DNA from: an uncultured archaeon | GTDB taxonomy: Archaea; Nanobdellota; Nanobdellia; Pacearchaeales; GW2011-AR1 | NCBI GenBank assembly: GCA_902385625.1 | Contig: CABMGE010000001.1 | Location: forward strand, 18,765-82,764 | Reading direction: 5' to 3' | DNA length: 64,000 nt | Part shown: positions 9,328 to 18,870 of the stretch, one piece after another | Numbering within the stretch: position 1 is the first letter of the stretch | How the letters are laid out: every line of letters starts with the position of its first letter | Notes under the pieces: generated by a model | What the model was told of the DNA's origin: nothing | Databases searched by the model: none | What the model saw: the letters and a program-made list of their open reading frames with translations, nothing else | Program-made: the position numbers and the translations under genes

Positions 9328-9978
9328 ATGACAAAGGTTCTTGGTATTGATGAAGCAGGAAGAGGTCCTGTAATTGGTCCAATGGTCATTGCAGGAGTAA
9401 TGATTTCAGATGGAAAAGAAGCAGAACTCGGGAGCGTGAAGGATTCTAAATTATTAAAACATAAAGACCGAGTTATTTTAAACGAAATAATTCAAAAAAA
9501 TTCTCAGTTTAAAATAATTGAAGTTTCTCCAAAAGAAATTGACGAAGCAGTGGAATGTATTGATAACACAATGAACTTGAATTGGCTTGAAGCAAAACAT
9601 CAGGCAGAAATTATTAATTATTTTAATCCTGACGTTGTAATCATTGACTGTCCGCACCCAATTCCTAAAAAATATGAAGATCACATAAAAAAATTAGTTA
9701 ATAAAAAAGATATAAAATATATTGTAGAACATAAGGCAGATGTTAACTATCCTGTGTGTTCAGCTGCTTCAATAATTGCAAAGGTTCGTCGTGAAGAAGA
9801 AATGGATAAAATAAAGGAAAAATATGGGGATACAGGTCCGGGTTATCCAGCAAATCCAGTAACTCAAAAATTTATAAAAGAAAATTATAAAAAATATCCT
9901 GAAATATTCAGGCATAGTTGGTCAACATTCAAAAATGTTGCAAAAGCAAATGATGCAAAGCAAAAGAAGTTGTTTTGA
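9328..9978 (+). CDS. rnhB: ribonuclease HII
   Basis: VLGIDEAGRGPVIGPMVIAG catalytic N-terminus, SAASIIAK. Start set at the ATG (9328) just before this motif within ORF 9283..9978. Confidence 0.9.
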   Translation: MTKVLGIDEAGRGPVIGPMVIAGVMISDGKEAELGSVKDSKLLKHKDRVILNEIIQKNSQFKIIEVSPKEIDEAVECIDNTMNLNWLEAKHQAEIINYFNPDVVIIDCPHPIPKKYEDHIKKLVNKKDIKYIVEHKADVNYPVCSAASIIAKVRREEEMDKIKEKYGDTGPGYPANPVTQKFIKENYKKYPEIFRHSWSTFKNVAKANDAKQKKLF

Positions 9979-10008
9979 ATGTAAATTTATAAGATTATTT
10001 TATTAATC

Positions 10009-10299
10009 TTATAAATGGTTTGAATTCTGCTCTTGTTTTTCTGCAAAATAACTTTCTATTGGCTTTCCATTGACTTGTGTATATGCCTTTTGCCCATTTA
10101 TCATAAAATATTTTTCAGGGTTTGGATTTCCAAATAGATTTTCTGACTTTTCTTCTAGAACAACTGGTACTTTTTTAATCATTCTTTCGAGTTTACTATC
10201 TAAATCATTTATTTTATTGCAACCGCCGATTACAAGAGAGCAACCAATCATAGAAGCAATAACCGTTCCAAAAAATCCAGGTGAATCACAATTTGACAT
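10009..10299 (-). CDS. small putative lipoprotein/secreted protein
   Basis: Hydrophobic N-terminus ending in GGC; 96 aa. Confidence 0.45.
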   Translation of the reverse strand: MSNCDSPGFFGTVIASMIGCSLVIGGCNKINDLDSKLERMIKKVPVVLEEKSENLFGNPNPEKYFMINGQKAYTQVNGKPIESYFAEKQEQNSNHL

Positions 10300-10302
10300 T
10301 TT

Positions 10303-10611
10303 TTATTTGTGACCTCCATAGTATTCTCCAAGTTCTATTCTATGGTAATCTTCTTTGCTTACTTCAACTAGGTTTCTTCCAGTCTTATTATTATTTTTTT
10401 CTAAGCCTAATACAAATCTTTCAGGGTTATGTTCAAATCTTTCAATATACATTATTCCATTACCTGCAGGAATTGCAACAAGCTCAGTTGAAATTGATCT
10501 TGGATAATACGCCTTTAGAACAACTCTTCCATCTCGAATTTCATCTTTAGGCAAGGATAGTAATTCAGCACCTGCTGAAATTAAAGCATCTAATTTTTGT
10601 CCAAGTGTCAT
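10303..10611 (-). CDS. hypothetical protein
   Basis: ORF 10303..10704. The internal ATG at 10611 lies 1 nt after the upstream gene's stop and avoids a 92-nt overlap. Confidence 0.45.
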   Translation of the reverse strand: MTLGQKLDALISAGAELLSLPKDEIRDGRVVLKAYYPRSISTELVAIPAGNGIMYIERFEHNPERFVLGLEKNNNKTGRNLVEVSKEDYHRIELGEYYGGHK

Positions 10612-10612
10612 T

Positions 10613-11011
10613 TTATTCTTTGGCCTCCAGGTCAATTGAATTCCTCTTATAATGTCTGGGATTTTTTCCACCTGAGGAATCATCTCCTCCAGAGATTCTA
10701 TCATTTTTCCTAATATGTATAACTACTTCATAACTGTCTCCAGAAAATTTATTCCTAAACTCTTTAACTTCAGCATGTCTTTCAGAGTTGTCAGATAGAT
10801 CTCGGATTACTTTTACAGAGCTTCCATTATAATGGCTAAATCTTTCTTCTTTGACTTCTCCTAATTTATCTGTATAAAAGATACTCCATCCATTATAATT
10901 AGAAACAAGATCCTCAACAGGATAATTTCTTTCAATAACTTGAGTGCTGCAACCAGGTAGAGCCAAAGCAAGCCCAAGAATCCCTGTTCCTATAATTTTT
11001 TGTAGTGTCAT
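10613..11011 (-). CDS. putative lipoprotein
   Basis: MTLQKIIGTGILGLALALPGCSTQ, a signal peptide with a lipobox-like LPGC. Confidence 0.55.
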   Translation of the reverse strand: MTLQKIIGTGILGLALALPGCSTQVIERNYPVEDLVSNYNGWSIFYTDKLGEVKEERFSHYNGSSVKVIRDLSDNSERHAEVKEFRNKFSGDSYEVVIHIRKNDRISGGDDSSGGKNPRHYKRNSIDLEAKE

Positions 11012-11020
11012 TTTTTTCTC

Positions 11021-11419
11021 CTATCTTGTTAGATACCCAGTTACATATCCAGCTCCATATCCAACTAATGTAACAACTCCTGTATATGCTGCTGCGAGTG
11101 TTCCGCATAAAGCTCCAAGTCCAACTGCTCCAATTGCACTTCCAGCTGCACCTGTTGCAAGTTTTGAACTTGTTTTATAAGAACTATTTTCTGTTATTCC
11201 AAGGACTCCTCCGATAATTCCTCCTCCAATAGCTCCGCTTACAGCCCCGATTGTTCCACTAAGTATTGCAGGCCCGTAAGTAAGTATAGACTCTAAATTT
11301 TCTTTTTGAAAAGCTATTCCTTGGCTATCACAGAATCCGTGATATGCACCAGCACCAAAGCCTATTAAAGTAGTAAGCGAACTACCACTGCATCCCACTG
11401 TTGTTTTATTTTCTGTCAT
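11021..11419 (-). CDS. glycine-zipper membrane protein
   Basis: Repeated GxxxG runs (GAVSGAIGGGIIGGVLG, GAAGSAIGAVGLGALCG). Confidence 0.5.
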   Translation of the reverse strand: MTENKTTVGCSGSSLTTLIGFGAGAYHGFCDSQGIAFQKENLESILTYGPAILSGTIGAVSGAIGGGIIGGVLGITENSSYKTSSKLATGAAGSAIGAVGLGALCGTLAAAYTGVVTLVGYGAGYVTGYLTR

Positions 11420-11705
11420 TTTATTTTTCCTTTAATTTAACTTGATTAGGTTAAGATTATAATATAATTAGAACTTTGTAGTTTTATTTTTGTCAAAATG
11501 ATAATATTTAAATACTATTTATCATTAATATTTAAGTATCTAGAGAATAATTTTAATATAGCAGATATAGTATATATTATCCTGGAGGACAAAAGAAAAA
11601 TGCCAAAAAAATCATATAAAAATCTCTATTTATTATCAAATTTACTTTGTAATAAAATAGCTAAATTATCTAATTTTCTAGGTGAATAGAAAATTAATTT
11701 TAAAA

Positions 11706-12683
11706 ATGCCAAAAAAATCCAAAATAATTGATGAAAAAGACAGGAAAATTTTAGAAGAGCTAGATAATAACGCAAGACAAACTGATTCTCAAATCGCAAA
11801 AAAAGTTGGACTTTCAAAACAAGTTGTTAATTATAGAATACAAAATATGATAAAAAATAAAATAATTCTTAATTTTTATACTATCCTTAATACTGGACTT
11901 TTTGGGCTTGATTCGTTTTATGTTTTTTTAAATTTAGAATATATTAATAAAGACCAGGAAAAAAAACTCCTGGAAAAAATTAATTCATTAAACTTTGTTG
12001 GATGGCTGGTTTCAGGAACTGGAAGATGGGATGTAGTTTTGTTAATTAATGCACCAAGTATTTCTGTTTTTGAAAGTTATCTTGATAAGATCAAATCAAT
12101 CTGCGGAAAACATCTTCATACCTATATTTTTACAGCCCTTGTTAATGCAGAACATATTGGATATAAAATGATTGGAGATAGGCCTTATCTAATAGGAATT
12201 AAAAGAAATGAAAGAATAAGAAAAGATGATTTAACTAAAGAAGATCTCTCAATACTAAAAGTAATCTCGCAAAATTCACGTATGCCTTTGACTGAAATTT
12301 CAGAAAAAGAAAATATTCCAGTCCACGTGGCGAGTTATAGATTAAAGTCAATGATAAAAAATAAGATAATTTCAGGGTTCAAACCTCAATTAAATGTTTC
12401 AGGATTAGGATATCAATGGCATTTGCTACTTTTGCAATTAAAAATAGTTGAAGAAAAAAGAAAAGAAGAATTCATGAAATTTTGCAAGGCCCATCCAAGA
12501 ATCTATTATATAACCAACACAATAGGAAACTATAATATAATGCTTGACATTCATGTAAATAACATAGAAGAATACAGAGAAACACTCTTGGATATTAAAG
12601 ATAAGTTTTCAGATATTATAAGGGATTATGAATCTGTAATCGTGTTTGAAGAATATAAAATTAGTTATCTGCCAGAGTTTTAA
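11706..12683 (+). CDS. tandem-duplicated Lrp/AsnC-type winged-helix regulator
   Basis: Two HTH modules: DRKILEELDNNARQTDSQIAKKVGLSKQVVNYRIQNM and LSILKVISQNSRMPLTEISEKENIPVHVASYRLKSM. ATG 11706 chosen inside ORF 11682..12683. Confidence 0.75.
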   Translation: MPKKSKIIDEKDRKILEELDNNARQTDSQIAKKVGLSKQVVNYRIQNMIKNKIILNFYTILNTGLFGLDSFYVFLNLEYINKDQEKKLLEKINSLNFVGWLVSGTGRWDVVLLINAPSISVFESYLDKIKSICGKHLHTYIFTALVNAEHIGYKMIGDRPYLIGIKRNERIRKDDLTKEDLSILKVISQNSRMPLTEISEKENIPVHVASYRLKSMIKNKIISGFKPQLNVSGLGYQWHLLLLQLKIVEEKRKEEFMKFCKAHPRIYYITNTIGNYNIMLDIHVNNIEEYRETLLDIKDKFSDIIRDYESVIVFEEYKISYLPEF

Positions 12684-12729
12684 TTAATTTAAAAATCCTC
12701 AAAAATAACCATCAAAAGCGAATTATTCT

Positions 12730-13254
12730 TTAAAGTCCCTGTCTTCTTCCTTTCTTGGTTATCTTCTTCATGATAAATTCCCTGATATGCTCTGCTTCCT
12801 GTACTGATAAAGCAGGAATATAACCTTCAGCCATCATATTTCGATTAGGAGCTGAATAACCTGCAGTTTGTATCATAACCGTTGAAAATCCGCATATTCT
12901 TGCAATAATTCCTCTTGTTATATCTACATTCTGTATTCTTTCATAAGGAATATTTGAATATCTTTTCCAGATAATTCCTCTTTCAAGCCTTAATTGTTCA
13001 TCTGTAAATTCATAAAACCATCTGCTATAAGACATTCTTGAATATATCTCTCCAAGAGCTATTATCATGACAATAATAAAAATTACAGCATATGAGATAT
13101 ATTTTAAAAAAGGGGATTTGTCTCCAGAAGTTAAAAAACCAATTGAAAAAAATATCAAGAATATAAATATAAAAACAAATAACCTATAAAAAGCAAATCT
13201 AAAATACCATGTTGCTCCAGGATCTAGCTGTTTTTTCATATAAAAAGGAATCAA
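12730..13254 (-). CDS. bPH_2 (YdbS/DUF304-like) membrane protein
   Basis: Two N-terminal TM segments, then YERIQNVDITRGIIARICGFSTVMIQTAG. Confidence 0.65.
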   Translation of the reverse strand: MIPFYMKKQLDPGATWYFRFAFYRLFVFIFIFLIFFSIGFLTSGDKSPFLKYISYAVIFIIVMIIALGEIYSRMSYSRWFYEFTDEQLRLERGIIWKRYSNIPYERIQNVDITRGIIARICGFSTVMIQTAGYSAPNRNMMAEGYIPALSVQEAEHIREFIMKKITKKGRRQGL

Positions 13255-13375
13255 ATCTCCTTTAAAAATCTTATCTATCTTTCTTATAACATTTTTTAAA
13301 ATCTTTAAAACATAAGTTTTGAATGAGTTTAAGTGTTATAAAAATACTTAAAAACGTGGTTTATCTTGATATTTC

Positions 13376-16240
13376 ATGACCTATATCAAAAAATTGGTGA
13401 TAAAAGGGTTTAAATCTTTTGCACGTGAAACTGAAATAAATATGGATCCGCATATGAATGTAATTGTAGGTCCAAATGGTTCTGGAAAATCCAATGTCAC
13501 AGATGCATTATGCTTTGTTCTTGGAAGACTTTCTATAAAAAGTATGCGTGCAGCAAAAGCATCCCACTTAATTTTCTCTGGAAACAAGCAATATAAAGGT
13601 GCAAATGAAGCATTTGTTGAAATTTCTTTTGATAATGCTGATAAGACTTTTGCTCTAGATCACGCTGAGATATCAGTCAGAAGAATAGTAAGGAAAAATG
13701 GCCAGAGCATATATAGAATAAATAATGAAACAAAAACAAGACAAGAAGTACTTGAATTGCTTGCACAGGCAGGAATTGACCCTCATGGATTTAATATTGT
13801 TTTACAGGGAGAAATTGAAAAATTTGTTAAAATGCCTCCTGAAGAAAGAAGAAAAGTCTTAGAAGAAGTTGCAGGAATTTCAGTTTATGAAATGAGAAAG
13901 GAAAAATCATTAAAAGAACTTGAAAAAACAGAAGAAAACATAAAACAGACAAATTCAGTCTTAAGGGAGAGAACAACCTATCTGAGAAATCTTGAAAATG
14001 AAAGAGAGCAAGCACTAAAATTTAAAAAACTCCAGGAAACAGTTAAGAGATGTAAAGCTTCAATAATAAACCGAAACCTGCAGGAAAAAGAAAAAGAACT
14101 AAGTTCTAATCTTGGAGATATTGACTCCAAAAATAAGGAGATAAAAAAAAGAGAAGAGCAAATTGTAAAAGTAGGTCAGGAAATAAATGCCTTAAATGAA
14201 AAAATAAATAATATTTCTCAAACTATCCAAAATTCATCAGGCCTTGAACAAGATGCACTTTTACTTGAAATATCTACACTAAAGCAGGAAGTAGCAGGGC
14301 TAATTGCAAAAAAGGAAAACTTTGAAAATCAGGTTCTTGAACTCAAAAGAAGAAAACAATCACTTGAAGATTCTGTCAAAGTAATGGAGGAAGAAATAAG
14401 TGAAATATCAAAAGAAAAAGGAAAAGACAAGAAAAAAGAACTAGAGACAAAAAAAGCAAGGCTAGAAGAACTTGACGAAGCAAAAAGACAATACTTTGTA
14501 ATTAAGTCAAGCTTGTCATCAACCCTCTCTCAATTGGATGATAAAAAAAGACAGGTCCAAAGATTCAAAAACGAGTCCAATTTTATAATGGATCAGATTG
14601 AACAAATAGAAAAAGAAATAAGAATAAAAGAAGATTTGGAAAGACACCAAGAAGCAATAATAAATCTAAAAAATTTAATTGAGGAAAATAAGACTGCTGT
14701 TGTAAAGTTTGAAGAAGAAATGCTTGAAAAACAAAAGATCTCCGCTGCGCAAAGCCATGTAATTCTTGAAGCAGAAAAAGTAAAATCACAGGTTTCAAAA
14801 CTTGATATCTGTCCCTTATGTAAAACAAAGATCACAAAAGAACACATTGATGAGGTAATAAGTAAATCTAATTCAGATATAACTAACTCCAAAAACCTGG
14901 TTCAACAATTAGAAAAGGAAATTAAAGAAATGAAAACTGCCTTGACTGAATTAAAGGATAAAATTGCAAAAGAAGCACTTGAAATAAATCAGAGAAATGT
15001 GGATATAGTAAAATTACACTCAATAGATGATAAAAAACAGCAGTTAAGAAGAAATAACGAGCAAATAACTATTTTTGAATCTGAAATTGCAGGTCTTGAA
15101 ACAAAGAAAAAAGGTTTTGAAGGAAAAATTTCAATAACAAAGATAAGCGAAGAACAGTATGAAGCATTAAAACTCGAAGTAAATGAGCTTCAAAGAACAG
15201 AAGAGAGAAATTTAGGAGTTGAAATAACTTCTAAACAAAGGGAACTTGAAAGGATAAGGCTTGCAATAAAACAAAACATCAGGGATTTTGATGATATTAC
15301 AGAGCAGTTAAAGGATATAAAACAAAGTTTGGATGATAAACAACATATAGTAAAAGAAAAAGAAGAGCAAGCTGAAATTTTGAAAAGAAAATATCAGAAA
15401 ATGTTTGAACAGAAAAATGAACTTCAGGATAAAGTAAGGATGTTTGAGTCAAACTTAATGCATAAGCAAAATGAGAAAAGACTTCTTGAAAACGAAAATA
15501 ATAATCTTATGATCACAAAAGCACAGATTTCAGCAAGAAAAGAAACTTTAATGCAGGAAATAAGAGAATATGAAGGAATTGAATTTATTTCTTTATCTGT
15601 GGATAAACTAGCTGAAAAACTAAAAGAAACTGAAGATATTCTTTCAAGAATTGGAAGTGTTAATATGAGGGCTCTTGAAGTCTATGATGAAATAAAACTT
15701 GAGTATGATAAAATAAGGGAAAAAGTTGAACAGTTGGAAAAAGAAAAGCAGGAAATACTGGGTGTAATAGATCAGATTGACAAGAAAAAGAAAAAGGCTT
15801 TCATGCATACCCTTGAAAAAATAAATGAATTATTCTCTAGAAATTTCTCTCAGTTAAGTACCAAGGGAATTGTAACTCTTGAGCCAGAAGATAAAAAAGA
15901 AGTTTTCAATGCAGGACTTGATATAATTGTAAAAGTTGGAGGAGGAAAATATTTTGATGTTACTTCTCTATCAGGAGGAGAACAGACTCTTGTTGCATTA
16001 TCTTTAATTTTCTCAATACAGGAATTCAAGCCTTATTGTTTTTACATATTTGATGAAATAGATGCAGCGCTTGATAGAAGAAACTCAGAAAAGTTAGCTT
16101 ATCTTCTCAAAAAGTATATGAAAGAAGGACAATATCTAATAATTACTCACAATGATTCAATAATCTCCGAGTCTTCAAATGTTCTATATGGAGTATCAAT
16201 GCAGGAAGGTATTTCCAAGGTTCTTAGTTTGGAAGTTTAG
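13376..16240 (+). CDS. SMC-like coiled-coil ATPase with central CxxC (zinc-hook-like) instead of a hinge
   Basis: SMC-type head: KGFKSFA, GPNGSGKSNVTDALCFVLG, LSGGEQTLVALSLIFSIQEFKPYCFYIFDEIDAALD. Long K/E-rich coiled coil. CPLC at codons 479-482 of 954. Confidence 0.85.
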   Translation: MTYIKKLVIKGFKSFARETEINMDPHMNVIVGPNGSGKSNVTDALCFVLGRLSIKSMRAAKASHLIFSGNKQYKGANEAFVEISFDNADKTFALDHAEISVRRIVRKNGQSIYRINNETKTRQEVLELLAQAGIDPHGFNIVLQGEIEKFVKMPPEERRKVLEEVAGISVYEMRKEKSLKELEKTEENIKQTNSVLRERTTYLRNLENEREQALKFKKLQETVKRCKASIINRNLQEKEKELSSNLGDIDSKNKEIKKREEQIVKVGQEINALNEKINNISQTIQNSSGLEQDALLLEISTLKQEVAGLIAKKENFENQVLELKRRKQSLEDSVKVMEEEISEISKEKGKDKKKELETKKARLEELDEAKRQYFVIKSSLSSTLSQLDDKKRQVQRFKNESNFIMDQIEQIEKEIRIKEDLERHQEAIINLKNLIEENKTAVVKFEEEMLEKQKISAAQSHVILEAEKVKSQVSKLDICPLCKTKITKEHIDEVISKSNSDITNSKNLVQQLEKEIKEMKTALTELKDKIAKEALEINQRNVDIVKLHSIDDKKQQLRRNNEQITIFESEIAGLETKKKGFEGKISITKISEEQYEALKLEVNELQRTEERNLGVEITSKQRELERIRLAIKQNIRDFDDITEQLKDIKQSLDDKQHIVKEKEEQAEILKRKYQKMFEQKNELQDKVRMFESNLMHKQNEKRLLENENNNLMITKAQISARKETLMQEIREYEGIEFISLSVDKLAEKLKETEDILSRIGSVNMRALEVYDEIKLEYDKIREKVEQLEKEKQEILGVIDQIDKKKKKAFMHTLEKINELFSRNFSQLSTKGIVTLEPEDKKEVFNAGLDIIVKVGGGKYFDVTSLSGGEQTLVALSLIFSIQEFKPYCFYIFDEIDAALDRRNSEKLAYLLKKYMKEGQYLIITHNDSIISESSNVLYGVSMQEGISKVLSLEV

Positions 16241-17205
16241 AAGTATACAAATTTATGTTCTTTTGAAATTGTTAAAATATCAATGCTTTTTATTGTATCT
16301 GAGAATTTATCGCGAATATCTTTTAATATATTATCAAATTCTGCCTCAGAATTAACTTCAAATTCAGGTTCGAGTTCCCAATTACCTAACACTTGCACAT
16401 TATGAATTATATTCTTATTTGACTTAAAATAATTCAACAATTGTTCAACTCTTTCCTTTTTTGGATTTTCAAGATAAAAAAAGGTTTTATAAAAGTTAAT
16501 TCCAATTTTTGAGTAATTAATTGCAATTCTAAATCCTGAAATTATCTTATTTTTTATCAGCTGTTTAATCCTATAATTGATTACTCTTTCACTTTCTCTT
16601 AGTTTGTAGGCAATATCTACAATAGGTTTTCTTCCATTCTCACTTAATTCTTTTATTATTTTTAGATCTAGTTCATCAATTTCAACTTTTCGATTATCTT
16701 CAAAAAGAATTCTTTCCCGGTTTATTAAACTTTTATTGTTGGTTAAAAAATCACGATTATATACTTCAGACTTATAACAAATAGAGACTGCTTTTTCTCG
16801 AATATATCCCGAGAACGCGCTTATAATTTTATCTTTTAGTACATTGATCTCTTGCAAGGATTTTGCCTCTGCAGAAATTATTATATCCCAATTGCCCTTA
16901 CATGAAGCTATCCATTTTACTTCTTTATTTGATTCTAAACGTTTTATTATATTTGAAAGTTTTTCTGAATCCATATGTTGGAACGAGAGAACTATCTTGA
17001 ATTGGATAATCCCAAGTTTCGCAAGATCAAGTACAATTTGATATTGAGTTATTATTTTTTCTTCTTCAAGCCTCTTTATTCGATAGTTGACAACTTCAGT
17101 TGAGAGTCCGACTTTTTTTGCTATCGCAGAACAAGGCTGTCTTGCATTAAGGTCAAGTTCATATAAAATCTTACGGTCTTTCAAATCTAATTTATATTGA
17201 TCCAT
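16237..17205 (-). CDS. tandem-duplicated Lrp/AsnC-type winged-helix regulator (paralogue of 11706..12683)
   Basis: DRKILYELDLNARQPCSAIAKKVGLSTEVVNYRIKRL and LKIIKELSENGRKPIVDIAYKLRESERVINYRIKQL. ATG 17205 (MDQYK) preferred over the ORF maximum 17286. Confidence 0.75.
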   Translation of the reverse strand: MDQYKLDLKDRKILYELDLNARQPCSAIAKKVGLSTEVVNYRIKRLEEEKIITQYQIVLDLAKLGIIQFKIVLSFQHMDSEKLSNIIKRLESNKEVKWIASCKGNWDIIISAEAKSLQEINVLKDKIISAFSGYIREKAVSICYKSEVYNRDFLTNNKSLINRERILFEDNRKVEIDELDLKIIKELSENGRKPIVDIAYKLRESERVINYRIKQLIKNKIISGFRIAINYSKIGINFYKTFFYLENPKKERVEQLLNYFKSNKNIIHNVQVLGNWELEPEFEVNSEAEFDNILKDIRDKFSDTIKSIDILTISKEHKFVYF

Positions 17206-17298
17206 ATTTATAATAAATACAAATAGTATATAAATTTTGTCTTTTTTATAAAAAATAGAATAACAGGTTTTATTATTATATATCACTACTATTAAGTT

Positions 17299-18867
17299 AT
17301 GAAAAAAATAATATTTGTTAAACCTGCGCTTGAAACAGATGCAGTTTGGGATCCAATAAGAACCTGTTCATATTTGGGAATGTGGTATTTGGCATCTCAC
17401 TTAAAATCAAAAGGGCATGATGTAACTTATTTGGATGAAGTGGTTAGAAATAATGGTTTATCTAAAAGAACTCTCTTTAAAAGAGAAATTAAAGGAGACA
17501 ATATTACCGAAACTCATCTTGCACAATCATATGAAGAATTTTCTTCTCAAAAAATGCAGGATTATCATAATTTATCTCCTGAAAATTTTATTGAAAAATA
17601 CTCTGCATTTAGTGAAGAAGGAAAAGTTTCAAGAACCATGGTGAGAACTGGAAATTCTTTGGAAGATACTTTAGTCGAAATTGAAAAAATAAATCCTGAT
17701 GTTGTAGGTATTCCATTAATAGCAACTGCAAATTATTTGCCTGCAACTAGACTCGCAAAAGCAATAAAAACAAAATTCCCAAATATAAAAGTTATATTCG
17801 GAGGACAGCATATTTCTGCAGGTCCTGAGGCATTTATTAAAGAAAATCCTTATGTTGATCAAATCGTAACAGGTGATGCTATTTCTGTAATAGAAGATGT
17901 TATTGAAGGTAGAAGACTCGAAAAAATTGTTCACGGAGGATTTAGGGCAATGGAAGAGTTTCCTATCTTAGACCCTTCAATTATAGAAAATACTGGCTAT
18001 CCTATTGAACCGACTTATACTTATCCCACAAATGGAAGAAAATCTGTAGATTTTATGTTTTCAAAAGGATGTTTTAGAAGGTGTGAATTTTGTGTAGCTG
18101 GAAGTCAGAAAGGAAATCACATAACTGCTACAGATTATGAGAGACTTGAAGAGCAACTTTCTGAATTAAAAAAATATGGAATAGAAGAACTGGTTATACA
18201 AGATGATGCTTTTCTTCGTGACCCCAAACATAGAAAAGAAGATTTGCCAAAAATTTTAGGACTTATGAAAAAATATGGTTTTTACTGGCAAAATAATGGA
18301 GGAATAGAATTTGAAGGCCTGGATGATTTTGTAACTGAACAATTAATTAAATATAATCGCGAAGGAGAGGGAAGAGTAACTTCACTTTATGTTCCATTCA
18401 ATCCTCGTATATGGAATAAAGAACAAAGTGCTGCGAAGTCCATGTCTTCAAGATATCATGAGAATGCAGAAAATTTAAAAAAACTAAGAGAAGAAGGTGG
18501 AATCTATATTTTTACAAGTGCAATTATAGGAACTCCAGAGCAAACAGAAGAGGCATTTAATGAAGAACTTCAGACTGATAAGGAATTAATCCAACATGGT
18601 TATCTGGATTCTGCACTTTGTTTGTCTGCAACAATGCTTCCTGGAACAAGATGGTATGAAAGCAATGGGCATAATATTGTAAATAAGAAAGATTATGCAG
18701 GGTATTCCTTATTTGCTACACATCATAAAACTGAGAATCTTGAATCAAAAGATATTGAGAGGTTAATGGTAACCTGGACTAAATCACTGGATGAAATTCA
18801 AAAAACTTATCATTGGGGAACAGGTTTTCCAAACATTCAAACTAAATTATTTGAAAGGGGGCAATAA
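17299..18867 (+). CDS. B12-binding-domain radical SAM protein
   Basis: FSKGCFRRCEFCVAGSQ (CxxxCxxC) after a Rossmann-like N-domain (VVGIPLIATANY, VIFGGQH). Confidence 0.8.
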   Translation: MKKIIFVKPALETDAVWDPIRTCSYLGMWYLASHLKSKGHDVTYLDEVVRNNGLSKRTLFKREIKGDNITETHLAQSYEEFSSQKMQDYHNLSPENFIEKYSAFSEEGKVSRTMVRTGNSLEDTLVEIEKINPDVVGIPLIATANYLPATRLAKAIKTKFPNIKVIFGGQHISAGPEAFIKENPYVDQIVTGDAISVIEDVIEGRRLEKIVHGGFRAMEEFPILDPSIIENTGYPIEPTYTYPTNGRKSVDFMFSKGCFRRCEFCVAGSQKGNHITATDYERLEEQLSELKKYGIEELVIQDDAFLRDPKHRKEDLPKILGLMKKYGFYWQNNGGIEFEGLDDFVTEQLIKYNREGEGRVTSLYVPFNPRIWNKEQSAAKSMSSRYHENAENLKKLREEGGIYIFTSAIIGTPEQTEEAFNEELQTDKELIQHGYLDSALCLSATMLPGTRWYESNGHNIVNKKDYAGYSLFATHHKTENLESKDIERLMVTWTKSLDEIQKTYHWGTGFPNIQTKLFERGQ

Positions 18868-18870
18868 AAA

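Noticed and set aside
11498-11689. 63-aa ORF as a real protein
   Set aside because: It spans an AT-rich promoter-like spacer. Only its last 29 codons, starting at the duplicated MPKKS, have any start signal. It is treated as a possible uORF instead.
13827-14892. Antisense ORFs inside the SMC-like coiled-coil region (13827..14015, 14583..14828, 14593..14892)
   Set aside because: The reverse complement of AAA/GAA-rich coiled-coil codons gives F/L-rich open frames. There is no independent signal.
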